From positions 1 to 33,031 of the forward strand of contig JANLHE010000484.1 of assembly GCA_024653875.1 (NCBI GenBank): DNA of 33,031 nucleotides, given 5' to 3'. The notes below the pieces were generated by a model, which was not told where the DNA came from, searched no databases, and saw nothing but the letters and a program-made list of their open reading frames with translations. The translations under genes and the position numbers were made by a program. Below, one piece after another: positions 1 to 6,123 of this stretch (position 1 is the first letter of the stretch; every line of letters starts with the position of its first letter). The DNA is from Acidobacteriota bacterium (lineage in GTDB: Bacteria > Acidobacteriota > Vicinamibacteria > Vicinamibacterales > SCN-69-37).

Positions 1-17
1 GATTCCCTCCTCCGGCA
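1..17 (+). tRNA. Partial tRNA 3' end, probably the attL junction
   Basis: The window opens with GATT|CCCTC|CTCCGGC|A. This fits the end of a TTCGATT T-loop, a 5-nt T-stem strand, a 7-nt acceptor strand and a discriminator, with no encoded CCA. The 5' part is outside the window, so the cloverleaf cannot be verified. Confidence 0.35.
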
Positions 18-148
18 ATCCGTGCGTGCGCTCATAGCGCACCGTTGGCGCTCAATGGCGCGTATAATCCGTCAAGAAATGCGAGGAAACATCAACGAAA
101 CTGGGCGCCATCGCCGCTCAAACCCGCTCACGGCTCACCGCGCGACAG

Positions 149-176
149 TGGCGGTAACTTTGGCGGTAACTTTGGC
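149..176 (+). repeat. Tandem 12-mer TGGCGGTAACTT x2 plus a partial third copy (TGGC)
   Basis: Read directly: 149-160 and 161-172 are identical, and 173-176 restarts the unit. It lies in the leader between the tRNA end and the integrase start. Confidence 0.9.
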
Positions 177-200
177 CCGCCCCGCCCGATCCGCCCGAGG

Positions 201-211
201 AGTTACCGCCA
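201..211 (-). repeat. Inverted copy of the TGGCGGTAACT motif, abutting the integrase start codon
   Basis: AGTTACCGCCA at 201-211 is the exact reverse complement of TGGCGGTAACT. The GTG start is at 213. Confidence 0.9.
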
Positions 212-212
212 C

Positions 213-1385
213 GTGCTCACAGACCGCTTTCTAGGCACCCTGCGGCCCCAGGCGAAGGCGAAGAAGTATCGGGACACCCACGGCCTCTATCTCCTGGTGG
301 GCCCGTCAGGCGGGCGCTGGTGGCGCTACGACTACCGGTTCCGCGGCAAGCGGAAAACGATCTCGCTGGGCGTCTATGGCCGCGTCTCGCTGAGACAGGC
401 CCGCGCCAAGCGGGAGGACGCCCGCCGGCAGCTCGACGCCGGCCACGACCCGAGCGTGCTCCGGCAGCAGGCCCGCTACGGGGTCGGCACCACGTTCGGC
501 TCAGTGGCCGACGCCTGGCTGACGAAGCGCACGCACGCGCTCGAGGCCATCACGGTCGGCAAGCTCCAGCACTATCTGGACCGGCATCTACTCCCGTCCC
601 TGAGAGACCGGCCCATCGCCAGCCTCACCGCGGCGGACCTGTTGCCCGTGCTGCTGGCCGTCGAGCGCGGCGGCCGGCACGAGACCGCCCATCGCGTGAA
701 ACAGATCACGGGCCAAATCTTCCGGTACGCCATTGCCAGCGGGCGCGCCACGCACGACCCCACGGCGAATCTGCGGGAGGCGCTGGCCCCGATCAGGGTC
801 CGGCATCATCCGGCCCTCACGGACCCGAAGGCCATCGGCGGACTGTTGCGGGCGCTGGACGGCGGCATCGGCTCGCCCGTGGTCGACGCAGCCCTGCAAC
901 TCGCCGCGCTCGTGTTCCTGCGGCCCGGGGAACTACGCAAGGCGGAATGGGCCGAGATCGATCTCGCCCGCGGGCTGTGGCGGATTCCAGGCCCGCGCAT
1001 GAAAATGCGGGACGCGCACTTGGTACCCTTAGCGCCGCAGGCTGTGACGATCTTGCAGCGGCTCTGGAAAGTCACCGGGGACGGCCGCCTCGTGTTCCCG
1101 TCCATGCGCTCGCCCAAGCGCCCGATCAGCGAGAACACGCTGAACGCCGGCCTTCGCCGGCTCGGCTACGACCAGCACACGATGACTTCGCACGGGTTTA
1201 GGACCATCGCGACGACGCACCTGAACGAACTCGGCTTCCCGCCCGATGTCATCGAACGGCAACTCGCGCACCAGGAACGCAACGCCGTCCGAGCCGCGTA
1301 CAACCGGGCGCAGCACGTCGAGGCGCGCACGGCCATGATGACCGCGTGGGCGAACTGGTTGGACGGGCTCAGGACGCAGCGGTAA
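213..1385 (+). CDS. int: Tyrosine recombinase / phage integrase, P4 type (N-terminal arm-binding domain plus catalytic domain)
   Basis: From the GTG at 213 the protein begins VLTDRFLGTLRP..YRDTHGLYLLVGPSGGRWWRYDYRFRGKRKTISLGVY..VSLRQARAKREDARRQLDAGHDP, the canonical P4-integrase N-terminus. Catalytic motifs RPGELRK, HGFRTIATTHL and AAYNRAQH are present. GAGGAG lies 11 nt upstream of the GTG. The ORF-track start at 45 adds an implausible Arg/Pro/Gly-rich extension. Confidence 0.9.
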   Translation: MLTDRFLGTLRPQAKAKKYRDTHGLYLLVGPSGGRWWRYDYRFRGKRKTISLGVYGRVSLRQARAKREDARRQLDAGHDPSVLRQQARYGVGTTFGSVADAWLTKRTHALEAITVGKLQHYLDRHLLPSLRDRPIASLTAADLLPVLLAVERGGRHETAHRVKQITGQIFRYAIASGRATHDPTANLREALAPIRVRHHPALTDPKAIGGLLRALDGGIGSPVVDAALQLAALVFLRPGELRKAEWAEIDLARGLWRIPGPRMKMRDAHLVPLAPQAVTILQRLWKVTGDGRLVFPSMRSPKRPISENTLNAGLRRLGYDQHTMTSHGFRTIATTHLNELGFPPDVIERQLAHQERNAVRAAYNRAQHVEARTAMMTAWANWLDGLRTQR

Positions 1386-1848
1386 AGTGTCGCTCGAACT
1401 TGGCGCGCATCGCGGCCTTCGCCGCTGCAACCTGACAGGCGCACGGGACGAAGATCGGCGCCGTCACCCACTGTCCCGTGACGCGATCCAATTCCGCCAT
1501 GGAAGACGGCGGCACGTAGCCGCACGCCGTACAGCCGTATTCAGCACTCAGGTTGTACCGGTGCGCCTTCGCCACACGCGACACCATGATCTCGCCACAA
1601 TGACACCGCCGCACACGATCCCAATACCACCGGGGATCGTCCCGGTGGCACTCCGGGCAATGACGCCACTCGTACCGGAAGCCGGGATCATCCGGCACGT
1701 CGCGCCTGTGAATTAGCTCACCGACGACCGCCTGCCACGTGTGCTCGCGCCCGACGCGGCCCTTGCACCACCGCCTAGTGTCCTTGGAAGCCCGATGACG
1801 CGGGCGGCACTCGCCACGATCTATGCACTCTCGGTGAGCGTCGGCCAT
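1369..1848 (-). CDS. Cys/His-rich hypothetical protein (several CxxC/CxC pairs; zinc-binding candidate)
   Basis: The ATG at 1848 is preceded by GGGGGA at a 7-nt spacing. Third codon positions are GC-rich. Motifs include HCPECH, CHCGE, CTACG and CAC. The 3' end overlaps the integrase 3' end convergently by 17 nt. Confidence 0.55.
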   Translation of the reverse strand: MADAHRECIDRGECRPRHRASKDTRRWCKGRVGREHTWQAVVGELIHRRDVPDDPGFRYEWRHCPECHRDDPRWYWDRVRRCHCGEIMVSRVAKAHRYNLSAEYGCTACGYVPPSSMAELDRVTGQWVTAPIFVPCACQVAAAKAAMRAKFERHFTAAS

Positions 1849-1911
1849 CAAGGAATCCCCCTATATATTACGACAGCACCAACCGGCGACCGCGTACGGG
1901 AGCGCGCGGAG

Positions 1912-1968
1912 CATCACGGGATAAGTCTTAGCTTTCCGTCCTCGTGACGGTTTCTTTCCATCACGGGA
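1912..1968 (+). repeat. Two direct copies of CATCACGGGA (1912-1921 and 1959-1968) flanking a small hairpin, CCGTC-N5-GACGG (1936-1950)
   Basis: Read directly. The elements lie in a 354-nt gene-free region just upstream of a promoter-like element. Confidence 0.8.
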
Positions 1969-1983
1969 CGTTGAACGGCACGC

Positions 1984-2013
1984 TTGACTCTCGGGAACAT
2001 CGTGGCCTAAAGT
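1984..2013 (+). promoter_or_regulatory. Candidate sigma70-like promoter, TTGACT-N18-TAAAGT, pointing against the operon direction
   Basis: TTGACT is at 1984-1989 and TAAAGT at 2008-2013. The 18-nt spacer is one longer than optimal. No + strand gene lies downstream, only structured sequence. Confidence 0.3.
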
Positions 2014-2019
2014 GAAAAG

Positions 2020-2198
2020 CAGTCCACCGCGCGTCGGACGCGCCGTAATCGGCACATCCGAAGGACGCCCAGCCGAGAGGCGCGGGTTTGCTGCCTGGCC
2101 CCGATGACCCGAAAGGGTATCGGGGCTGTCTTTCGATAGCCCACACCGCTTCTGGGGCTGGATGGGACTTCTCCACGGCAAATGGACCCATCCAGCCC
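2020..2198 (+). ncRNA. Candidate structured small RNA, or alternatively 3'-UTR stabiliser hairpins of the minus-strand gene
   Basis: The first hairpin (2098-2126) is GCCCCGAT-G-ACCC-GAAA-GGGT-ATCGGGGC, 12 bp with a GNRA loop only on the + strand. The second is a 12-bp stem, GGGCTGGATGGG (2155-2166) paired with CCCATCCAGCCC (2187-2198), with a 20-nt loop. There is also a GCGCG/CGCGC hairpin near 2030. The track ORFs here are Arg/Pro-rich shadows. Confidence 0.25.
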
Positions 2199-2205
2199 GA
2201 CTCGC

Positions 2206-2649
2206 TTACGGGACGTTGGCCGGCACGCCGAGCTGATCCCCGACCAGGACGCAGGCGCCGTTGAGCGAACCCGCCGTGTTGCCAACAACGGGCAACTGGG
2301 CTGATTTTGGTAAGTCGTCGAGTTCGGCCGGCAGCAGCCCCGCCGCGATGCGTGCCCTTGTTTCGATAAAGCAGAGCCAGTTCCACGCCGCCGCCGCCGC
2401 GTGATTTTCGTCGGCCTGGCCTTCCATCGCCGCGAACCCGTGGCGCATCGCGGAGTCCAGATAGCGCGACAATGGCTGCCCCTTTTCCCAGTTGCGATCG
2501 CCGTACTTTTTCGCGCCGCCTTCGAAATGTTGGGCCACCTGTCGAATCGCTCGCGTGGGGAGCAAGTCGAACCGGCCCTTCCCCTCCCGAACGTCCCGCA
2601 CCGATCCAGTCTGAAAGTGTTGCCGCTTACCTGAATCCTTGATCGTCAA
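2206..2649 (-). CDS. MazG-like all-alpha NTP pyrophosphohydrolase of the phage 'dATP/dGTP diphosphohydrolase' type
   Basis: GKGRFDLLPTRAIRQVAQHFEGGAKKYGDRNWEKGQPLSRYLDSAMRH matches the conserved core I know from this phage family. The start is TTG, preceded by GGAG at a 7-nt spacing. Confidence 0.65.
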   Translation of the reverse strand: MTIKDSGKRQHFQTGSVRDVREGKGRFDLLPTRAIRQVAQHFEGGAKKYGDRNWEKGQPLSRYLDSAMRHGFAAMEGQADENHAAAAAWNWLCFIETRARIAAGLLPAELDDLPKSAQLPVVGNTAGSLNGACVLVGDQLGVPANVP

Positions 2650-2881
2650 TTCCCGACTCCATTACAACCTTTGTTATTTTAGGGAGAGGCGCGGGCGGGC
2701 TCCTCGCCCTGGTGCCGGCGTCCGGCGCACATCTGGCAGCTCGGAAACAGACCCGGCACGGCCCGCGCCGTAACTTGTGTTCACACCTTCCGCGTCGTCC
2801 TCCGTGTCCGCCGCGCAGAACCCACTCAACATTCCTGTACGGCAGAACCAACAGGCGCACCACGTCGTGAGGCGGCACACG

Positions 2882-4252
2882 TCACGCGACCTTCTCGCGC
2901 TTCTCGGGCACGGTGTACGTCGCCACGGCCACGTTGCCTTCGTCGCGGGACCAGACCAGCGCTTCTGCACTCCGGAGGTTGCCCACAAAGTGATTCTCGG
3001 AGTGCCACGCATCCGCACTGCACAGGGCCGGCGAAACGCGCACCCTTACGCCCATCAGTTCTTGGACTTTGAACTCGTGCGTGTGCCCAACGTGCGCCTC
3101 GCGGAACTGACTCGCTCCGAACTCGCGCGGGCGTTCCGTAGCCATTAGGAGCGGCAGACTAGACCGCTTGCCCTTATCCGAGTGGGTGTACAGCAGCAGG
3201 CTTTGCCCGTAGTGGACGTACTTGCGCGGGATCGGGTCGTTCATCACGGTCACGTCCGGCGTGTTGTGGTACAGGCACGCCAGCGAATCCCCGAGATGGA
3301 AGGCGGACAGCGCGTCATGGTTGCCCGGTACAATGACCACCGTGACCGGCGCAATCGGCCGCAACCGTTCGATCGCGTCCGCCATCAGCCGCCGGCCCAA
3401 GAGAAACGTCTTGTGGAACCGACTATCGGTGTCCAGCGGTGTACCGCTCGTGGTCGTCCCTTGCTTCGTATCCGCGTGGAAAAAGTCATTGCCCGCTGGG
3501 AAGACCACGCGCTCAAACTTGAACGCCGCAGTGCGGGCGATCAAAGCATCTAGCGCCTTCAGGAACAGGTCCGCCGCGATCTTGCTGTCGTAGTTCGCGC
3601 CGCCCGTCTCTGGCGCCCAGGCCAACTTACCCAGATGCAAGTCGGGAATGGAAATCTCCAGCATGTGCGGGCCGCTCGGCTGGCGCGTCACCGCCGGCCG
3701 CGGCGCAATCTGCTTCTTGGCATCGGCCACCAGATCGGCCAAGATCGCCTTGGTTTCGATGATCGGCGCGTTCCGCTTGAGCCACGCCTTCACCTGGAAC
3801 AGCGGCGTCGTGCTGACCGTGCCGTCCGGCGCTTTCGTCCCGACTTCCCACTTGTTCGCCACCCACCGCTCGATGATCCATTCGTCGGTGTCGATCTCGC
3901 ATACGCGCACGAGATCGGCCAGCGTGCGGACGTGAACCTGTGTGGTGCGGCTGACTTCGGCCGCGTCTCCGTGGACGGTCATCGAGGCCGACGGGATGCC
4001 AGCACTGGTGTCTGGAGGCCCAGACGCAATCGCCTCGACGCAGTCCATCCGGCGCGTATCGAAGCACGTCCGGCAGAACCCCTTGCCTTGACGTGAGCGC
4101 GGGTTCACCGGCCGGGATTGGCACAGCCGGCAGAGCTTGGGCGGTTTCTTGAGATCGGCCCCGCGCTCGGTCCAGCAGAGACGACAACTCGGGCGGTCGG
4201 CCCCTTTCAGCCCTCGACCGCAGGCGCACGGGACGCGCTTGTTCGTCGCCAT
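2882..4252 (-). CDS. Calcineurin-like metallophosphoesterase with an N-terminal multi-CxxC zinc-ribbon region
   Basis: The metallophosphoesterase motifs appear in order: PDLHLG, GNDFFH, GNHD, GHTH. The N-terminus carries CAC..C..C, CRLC and CRTC pairs. Confidence 0.75.
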   Translation of the reverse strand: MATNKRVPCACGRGLKGADRPSCRLCWTERGADLKKPPKLCRLCQSRPVNPRSRQGKGFCRTCFDTRRMDCVEAIASGPPDTSAGIPSASMTVHGDAAEVSRTTQVHVRTLADLVRVCEIDTDEWIIERWVANKWEVGTKAPDGTVSTTPLFQVKAWLKRNAPIIETKAILADLVADAKKQIAPRPAVTRQPSGPHMLEISIPDLHLGKLAWAPETGGANYDSKIAADLFLKALDALIARTAAFKFERVVFPAGNDFFHADTKQGTTTSGTPLDTDSRFHKTFLLGRRLMADAIERLRPIAPVTVVIVPGNHDALSAFHLGDSLACLYHNTPDVTVMNDPIPRKYVHYGQSLLLYTHSDKGKRSSLPLLMATERPREFGASQFREAHVGHTHEFKVQELMGVRVRVSPALCSADAWHSENHFVGNLRSAEALVWSRDEGNVAVATYTVPEKREKVA

Positions 4253-4600
4253 CTACCTCCCTAACCACGCCGCCAGATCGATCAGCGACGCGAACACGGG
4301 AATCCCGCGATTGAGCGCGAACTGCCGCTCGGTCTGTGTCCCTTGTGAGGCTTCCCAGTCGGACACGAGCAGCAGCGCATCGCACCGGCTCAATAGTTCG
4401 AGATCGCCCTCTAACCACACCCGATCCGGCAGCGTGTCTTGGAAGTGCGCGGAATTGAGATGCGGACATAGCGCCGTTGCGCCGAGTCGCCACACCTCGA
4501 GCGCGAGCGTTTCCGCCGCGCGCACGTTGACCGCGATGCCCCAGTGATCGGGCGCGCGAAACGGCCCGCCCACGTAGACCACGCGGTGCCGGTAGCTCAC
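4253..4600 (-). CDS. DUF4406-type protein (nucleoside 2-deoxyribosyltransferase-like fold)
   Basis: VVYVGGPF...LCPHLN...DLELLSRCDALLLVSDWEASQGTQTERQFALNRGIPVF fits the DUF4406 pattern. I place the start at the GTG at 4600, which forms a GTGA overlap with the upstream micro-ORF. The longer track ORF (to 4894) adds an Arg/Gly-rich N-terminus that overlaps two better ORFs. Confidence 0.65.
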   Translation of the reverse strand: MSYRHRVVYVGGPFRAPDHWGIAVNVRAAETLALEVWRLGATALCPHLNSAHFQDTLPDRVWLEGDLELLSRCDALLLVSDWEASQGTQTERQFALNRGIPVFASLIDLAAWLGR

Positions 4601-4740
4601 CGGATCGCCTGCAGGATCAGCAGCACAATCGCCACCGCGACGACCGCCACGGTCTGCCGGCGCAGATAGCGACAGCCCGGACAGAGCCGGCCCGCCTCCG
4701 CGTGGATGTCCCGGCAGGCCGGATTCGCGCAGCGTCTCAC
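4597..4740 (-). CDS. Unlisted 47-aa micro-protein: CxxxxC...CxxC zinc ribbon plus a C-terminal transmembrane helix
   Basis: My translation is VRRCANPACRDIHAEAGRLCPGCRYLRRQTVAVVAVAIVLLILQAIR*. It starts with a GTGA overlap on the stop of the 4737..4961 gene and ends with a GTGA overlap on the DUF4406 start. It is below the ORF track's 60-aa cut-off. Confidence 0.5.
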   Translation of the reverse strand: MRRCANPACRDIHAEAGRLCPGCRYLRRQTVAVVAVAIVLLILQAIR

Positions 4741-4961
4741 CAGGACCACCCGGCCCTAAGTCCGTACGTCCACCCGCTCGTCTTGTCCTTGGCGACGAAC
4801 GCAGAGGCCGTGCCCGCCTGTTTCCAGCGGACCCCGACCCCGGCGTACACGCCCTGATTCGTGACCGTGCCGCTGACCTGGCCGCGCCGGCCAACCGGCA
4901 CCTTTGTGACCTCCGTCGTCAGGTACTGCTCAGCCTGCGCGGAGATCGGCCCCGGCGTCAC
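4737..4961 (-). CDS. Hypothetical beta-rich 74-aa protein
   Basis: GTG start in a GTGA overlap with the upstream gene. The sequence has alternating beta-strand character and ends ...GLRAGWSW, with no signal peptide. Confidence 0.5.
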   Translation of the reverse strand: MTPGPISAQAEQYLTTEVTKVPVGRRGQVSGTVTNQGVYAGVGVRWKQAGTASAFVAKDKTSGWTYGLRAGWSW

Positions 4962-5338
4962 TGGGCCGCCTGGCCGAAAGGGACCGACACGTCAACCTGC
5001 GACGATGCCGCGCCCTCGCTTGACTCCGGCAGCAGCGCGTGGATCATGTCCAGTGCCTTCTGCTGCGTCGTGCTGGGGTTGTTTCGCAACACGAAGTCCA
5101 CGGCGATCGCGAGCGTCTCCTTGGCCGTGAGCTTGCGGCCGCGCTTCTCGGCGTCGGCCCGCATCTCCGTGGCGAACTGAATCGCCAACTTCCCGATACC
5201 CAGGGCGCGATCGAGCTTGGCCTGATCCGCCTCGATGCCCCACTTCTTCATCAGCCGCCGCAGCCCTTCGGCCGCGAGCAGGATCACGAGCGGGCCCAAG
5301 GTCATCACGGCCGTTTCCATCAACTTGTTCCAGTCCAT
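4958..5338 (-). CDS. LL-H-family holin-like protein (N-terminal TM helix plus a helical domain)
   Basis: The N-terminus is MDWNKLMETAVMTLGPLVILLAA (TM). It is followed by a helical region ending ...TAKETLAIAVDFVLRNN..TTQQKALDMIHALL, the layout of LL-H holin-like proteins. GGAG lies 8 nt upstream of the ATG. Confidence 0.45.
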   Translation of the reverse strand: MDWNKLMETAVMTLGPLVILLAAEGLRRLMKKWGIEADQAKLDRALGIGKLAIQFATEMRADAEKRGRKLTAKETLAIAVDFVLRNNPSTTQQKALDMIHALLPESSEGAASSQVDVSVPFGQAAQ

Positions 5339-5404
5339 ATCGGTGTCTCCTTCGTGGCGTCGTCGGACGCCGTGGTTGTTACGTCAAATTGCGTAGCGGG
5401 TACG

Positions 5405-5767
5405 TCACTTGCCGTGCCCGCACAGGGCCGATCCGTCAGAATTGAGGATCGGGCATTCGCAGTGACTGGACACGTAATGCCCCTTGGCTGGATCGCGCTC
5501 GTCCGGTATCCATTGGGCCTTGGCCCAGCAGTGGACTGAGCACTCCCGCGGGTCGGGTTCGGTTTCACAGAGCGGATCGTCCGGCCCCACCATGCGCTTG
5601 CAGTGGCATTCGTGTTCCTTGTTCTTGGCGTCGGGCGAGCAAGTCCAGCCCTCAGGTGGACGCGCGTGCTGCCGCTGTCCGGGGTAACGCTCAGGCGGTT
5701 CTTGTCCCTGCGTCCCTGCGATCGGCACAAGCACAAGCAATACGATCGCGAGAAGTTGTCCCTTCAT
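5405..5767 (-). CDS. Secreted Cys-rich hypothetical protein
   Basis: N-terminal signal-peptide-like MKGQLLAIVLLVLVPIAGTQG, then about 10 Cys (CHC, HCEC motifs). ATGA overlap with the upstream HTH gene. Confidence 0.6.
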   Translation of the reverse strand: MKGQLLAIVLLVLVPIAGTQGQEPPERYPGQRQHARPPEGWTCSPDAKNKEHECHCKRMVGPDDPLCETEPDPRECSVHCWAKAQWIPDERDPAKGHYVSSHCECPILNSDGSALCGHGK

Positions 5768-5964
5768 GTCGTCCTCCGTTTGCGCCCCAGGCCGTTCGCC
5801 GGCAGCCCATACGCCCGCACAATCGACGAGATCCGCGCCTGCTTCAGCCCGACCATGAAGGCAATCGCCTGTTGGCTGTGGCCCTCACGCCACAGGTCGC
5901 AGATCGTCCGGTTCCGGTCGGCCAGATCGGCGTAGCGATTCACGCCGGCTGGGGCCGCGTGCAT
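5764..5964 (-). CDS. Small helix-turn-helix DNA-binding protein (sigma-region-4/Hin-like HTH)
   Basis: ICDLWREGHSQQAIAFMVGLKQARISSIVRAYG is a typical HTH. The ATG lies directly after the TAG of the upstream micro-ORF. Confidence 0.6.
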   Translation of the reverse strand: MHAAPAGVNRYADLADRNRTICDLWREGHSQQAIAFMVGLKQARISSIVRAYGLPANGLGRKRRTT

Positions 5965-6123
5965 CTACGTGATCCCGAACGTGAGCACGTGCAGCAGCCC
6001 GTGCCCGATGGCCGGCAGCGCGTGCCAGAGATACAACAGCCCGTGCCACACCTCGACGCCGAGCCAGTAGCCGATGGCGCCGGACACGATCACGAGCCAC
6101 ACATATGGCGGGAGTTCAGGCAT
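5965..6123 (-). CDS. Unlisted 52-aa protein with two predicted TM helices
   Basis: My translation is MPELPPYVWLVIVSGAIGYWLGVEVWHGLLYLWHALPAIGHGLLHVLTFGIT*. The ATG overlaps the upstream stop (TGATG). The ORF exactly fills the 159-nt gap between two called genes. Confidence 0.5.
   Translation of the reverse strand: MPELPPYVWLVIVSGAIGYWLGVEVWHGLLYLWHALPAIGHGLLHVLTFGIT

Noticed and set aside
63-68. Perfect TATAAT hexamer upstream of int as a promoter -10
   Set aside because: The best -35-like hexamer (TTGGCG at 45-50) is only 12 nt away, and there is no TG extension. It could still be a weak promoter, but I cannot support the call.
45-212. N-terminal 56-aa extension of the integrase ORF as listed in the track
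   Set aside because: The extension is Arg/Pro/Gly-rich and translates straight through the TGGCGGTAACTT repeats. The canonical P4-integrase N-terminus begins at the GTG at 213, which has a GAGGAG upstream.
320-1201. 293-aa + strand ORF overlapping the integrase gene in another frame
   Set aside because: Its extreme Arg/Pro/Ala/Gly composition is typical of off-frame ORFs in GC-rich DNA. The integrase frame has clear family motifs.
1861-2386. Minus-strand ORFs 1861..2181, 1961..2386 and 2007..2288 in the structured intergenic region
   Set aside because: They are mutually overlapping, Arg/Pro/Gly-rich and lack SD or coupling signals. The sequence is better explained by hairpins and repeats.
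2627-3018. ORFs 2627..2878 and 2674..3018 in or overlapping the 232-nt gap upstream of the MazG-like gene
   Set aside because: Third-position GC is visibly lower than in the real genes here, composition is Arg-rich, and one overlaps the phosphoesterase 3' end. I treat this as a non-coding leader, with GGAG-N7-TTG serving the next gene.
3627-4493. 288-aa minus-strand ORF overlapping the phosphoesterase and DUF4406 genes
   Set aside because: It is an off-frame shadow (Arg/Gly/Asp-rich) with no motifs. It conflicts with two genes that do have motifs.
4601-4894. 98-aa N-terminal extension of the DUF4406 ORF
   Set aside because: It is Arg/Gly/Pro-rich and overlaps the 74-aa and 47-aa ORFs that are linked by exact GTGA overlaps. 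The DUF4406 pattern starts right after the GTG at 4600.
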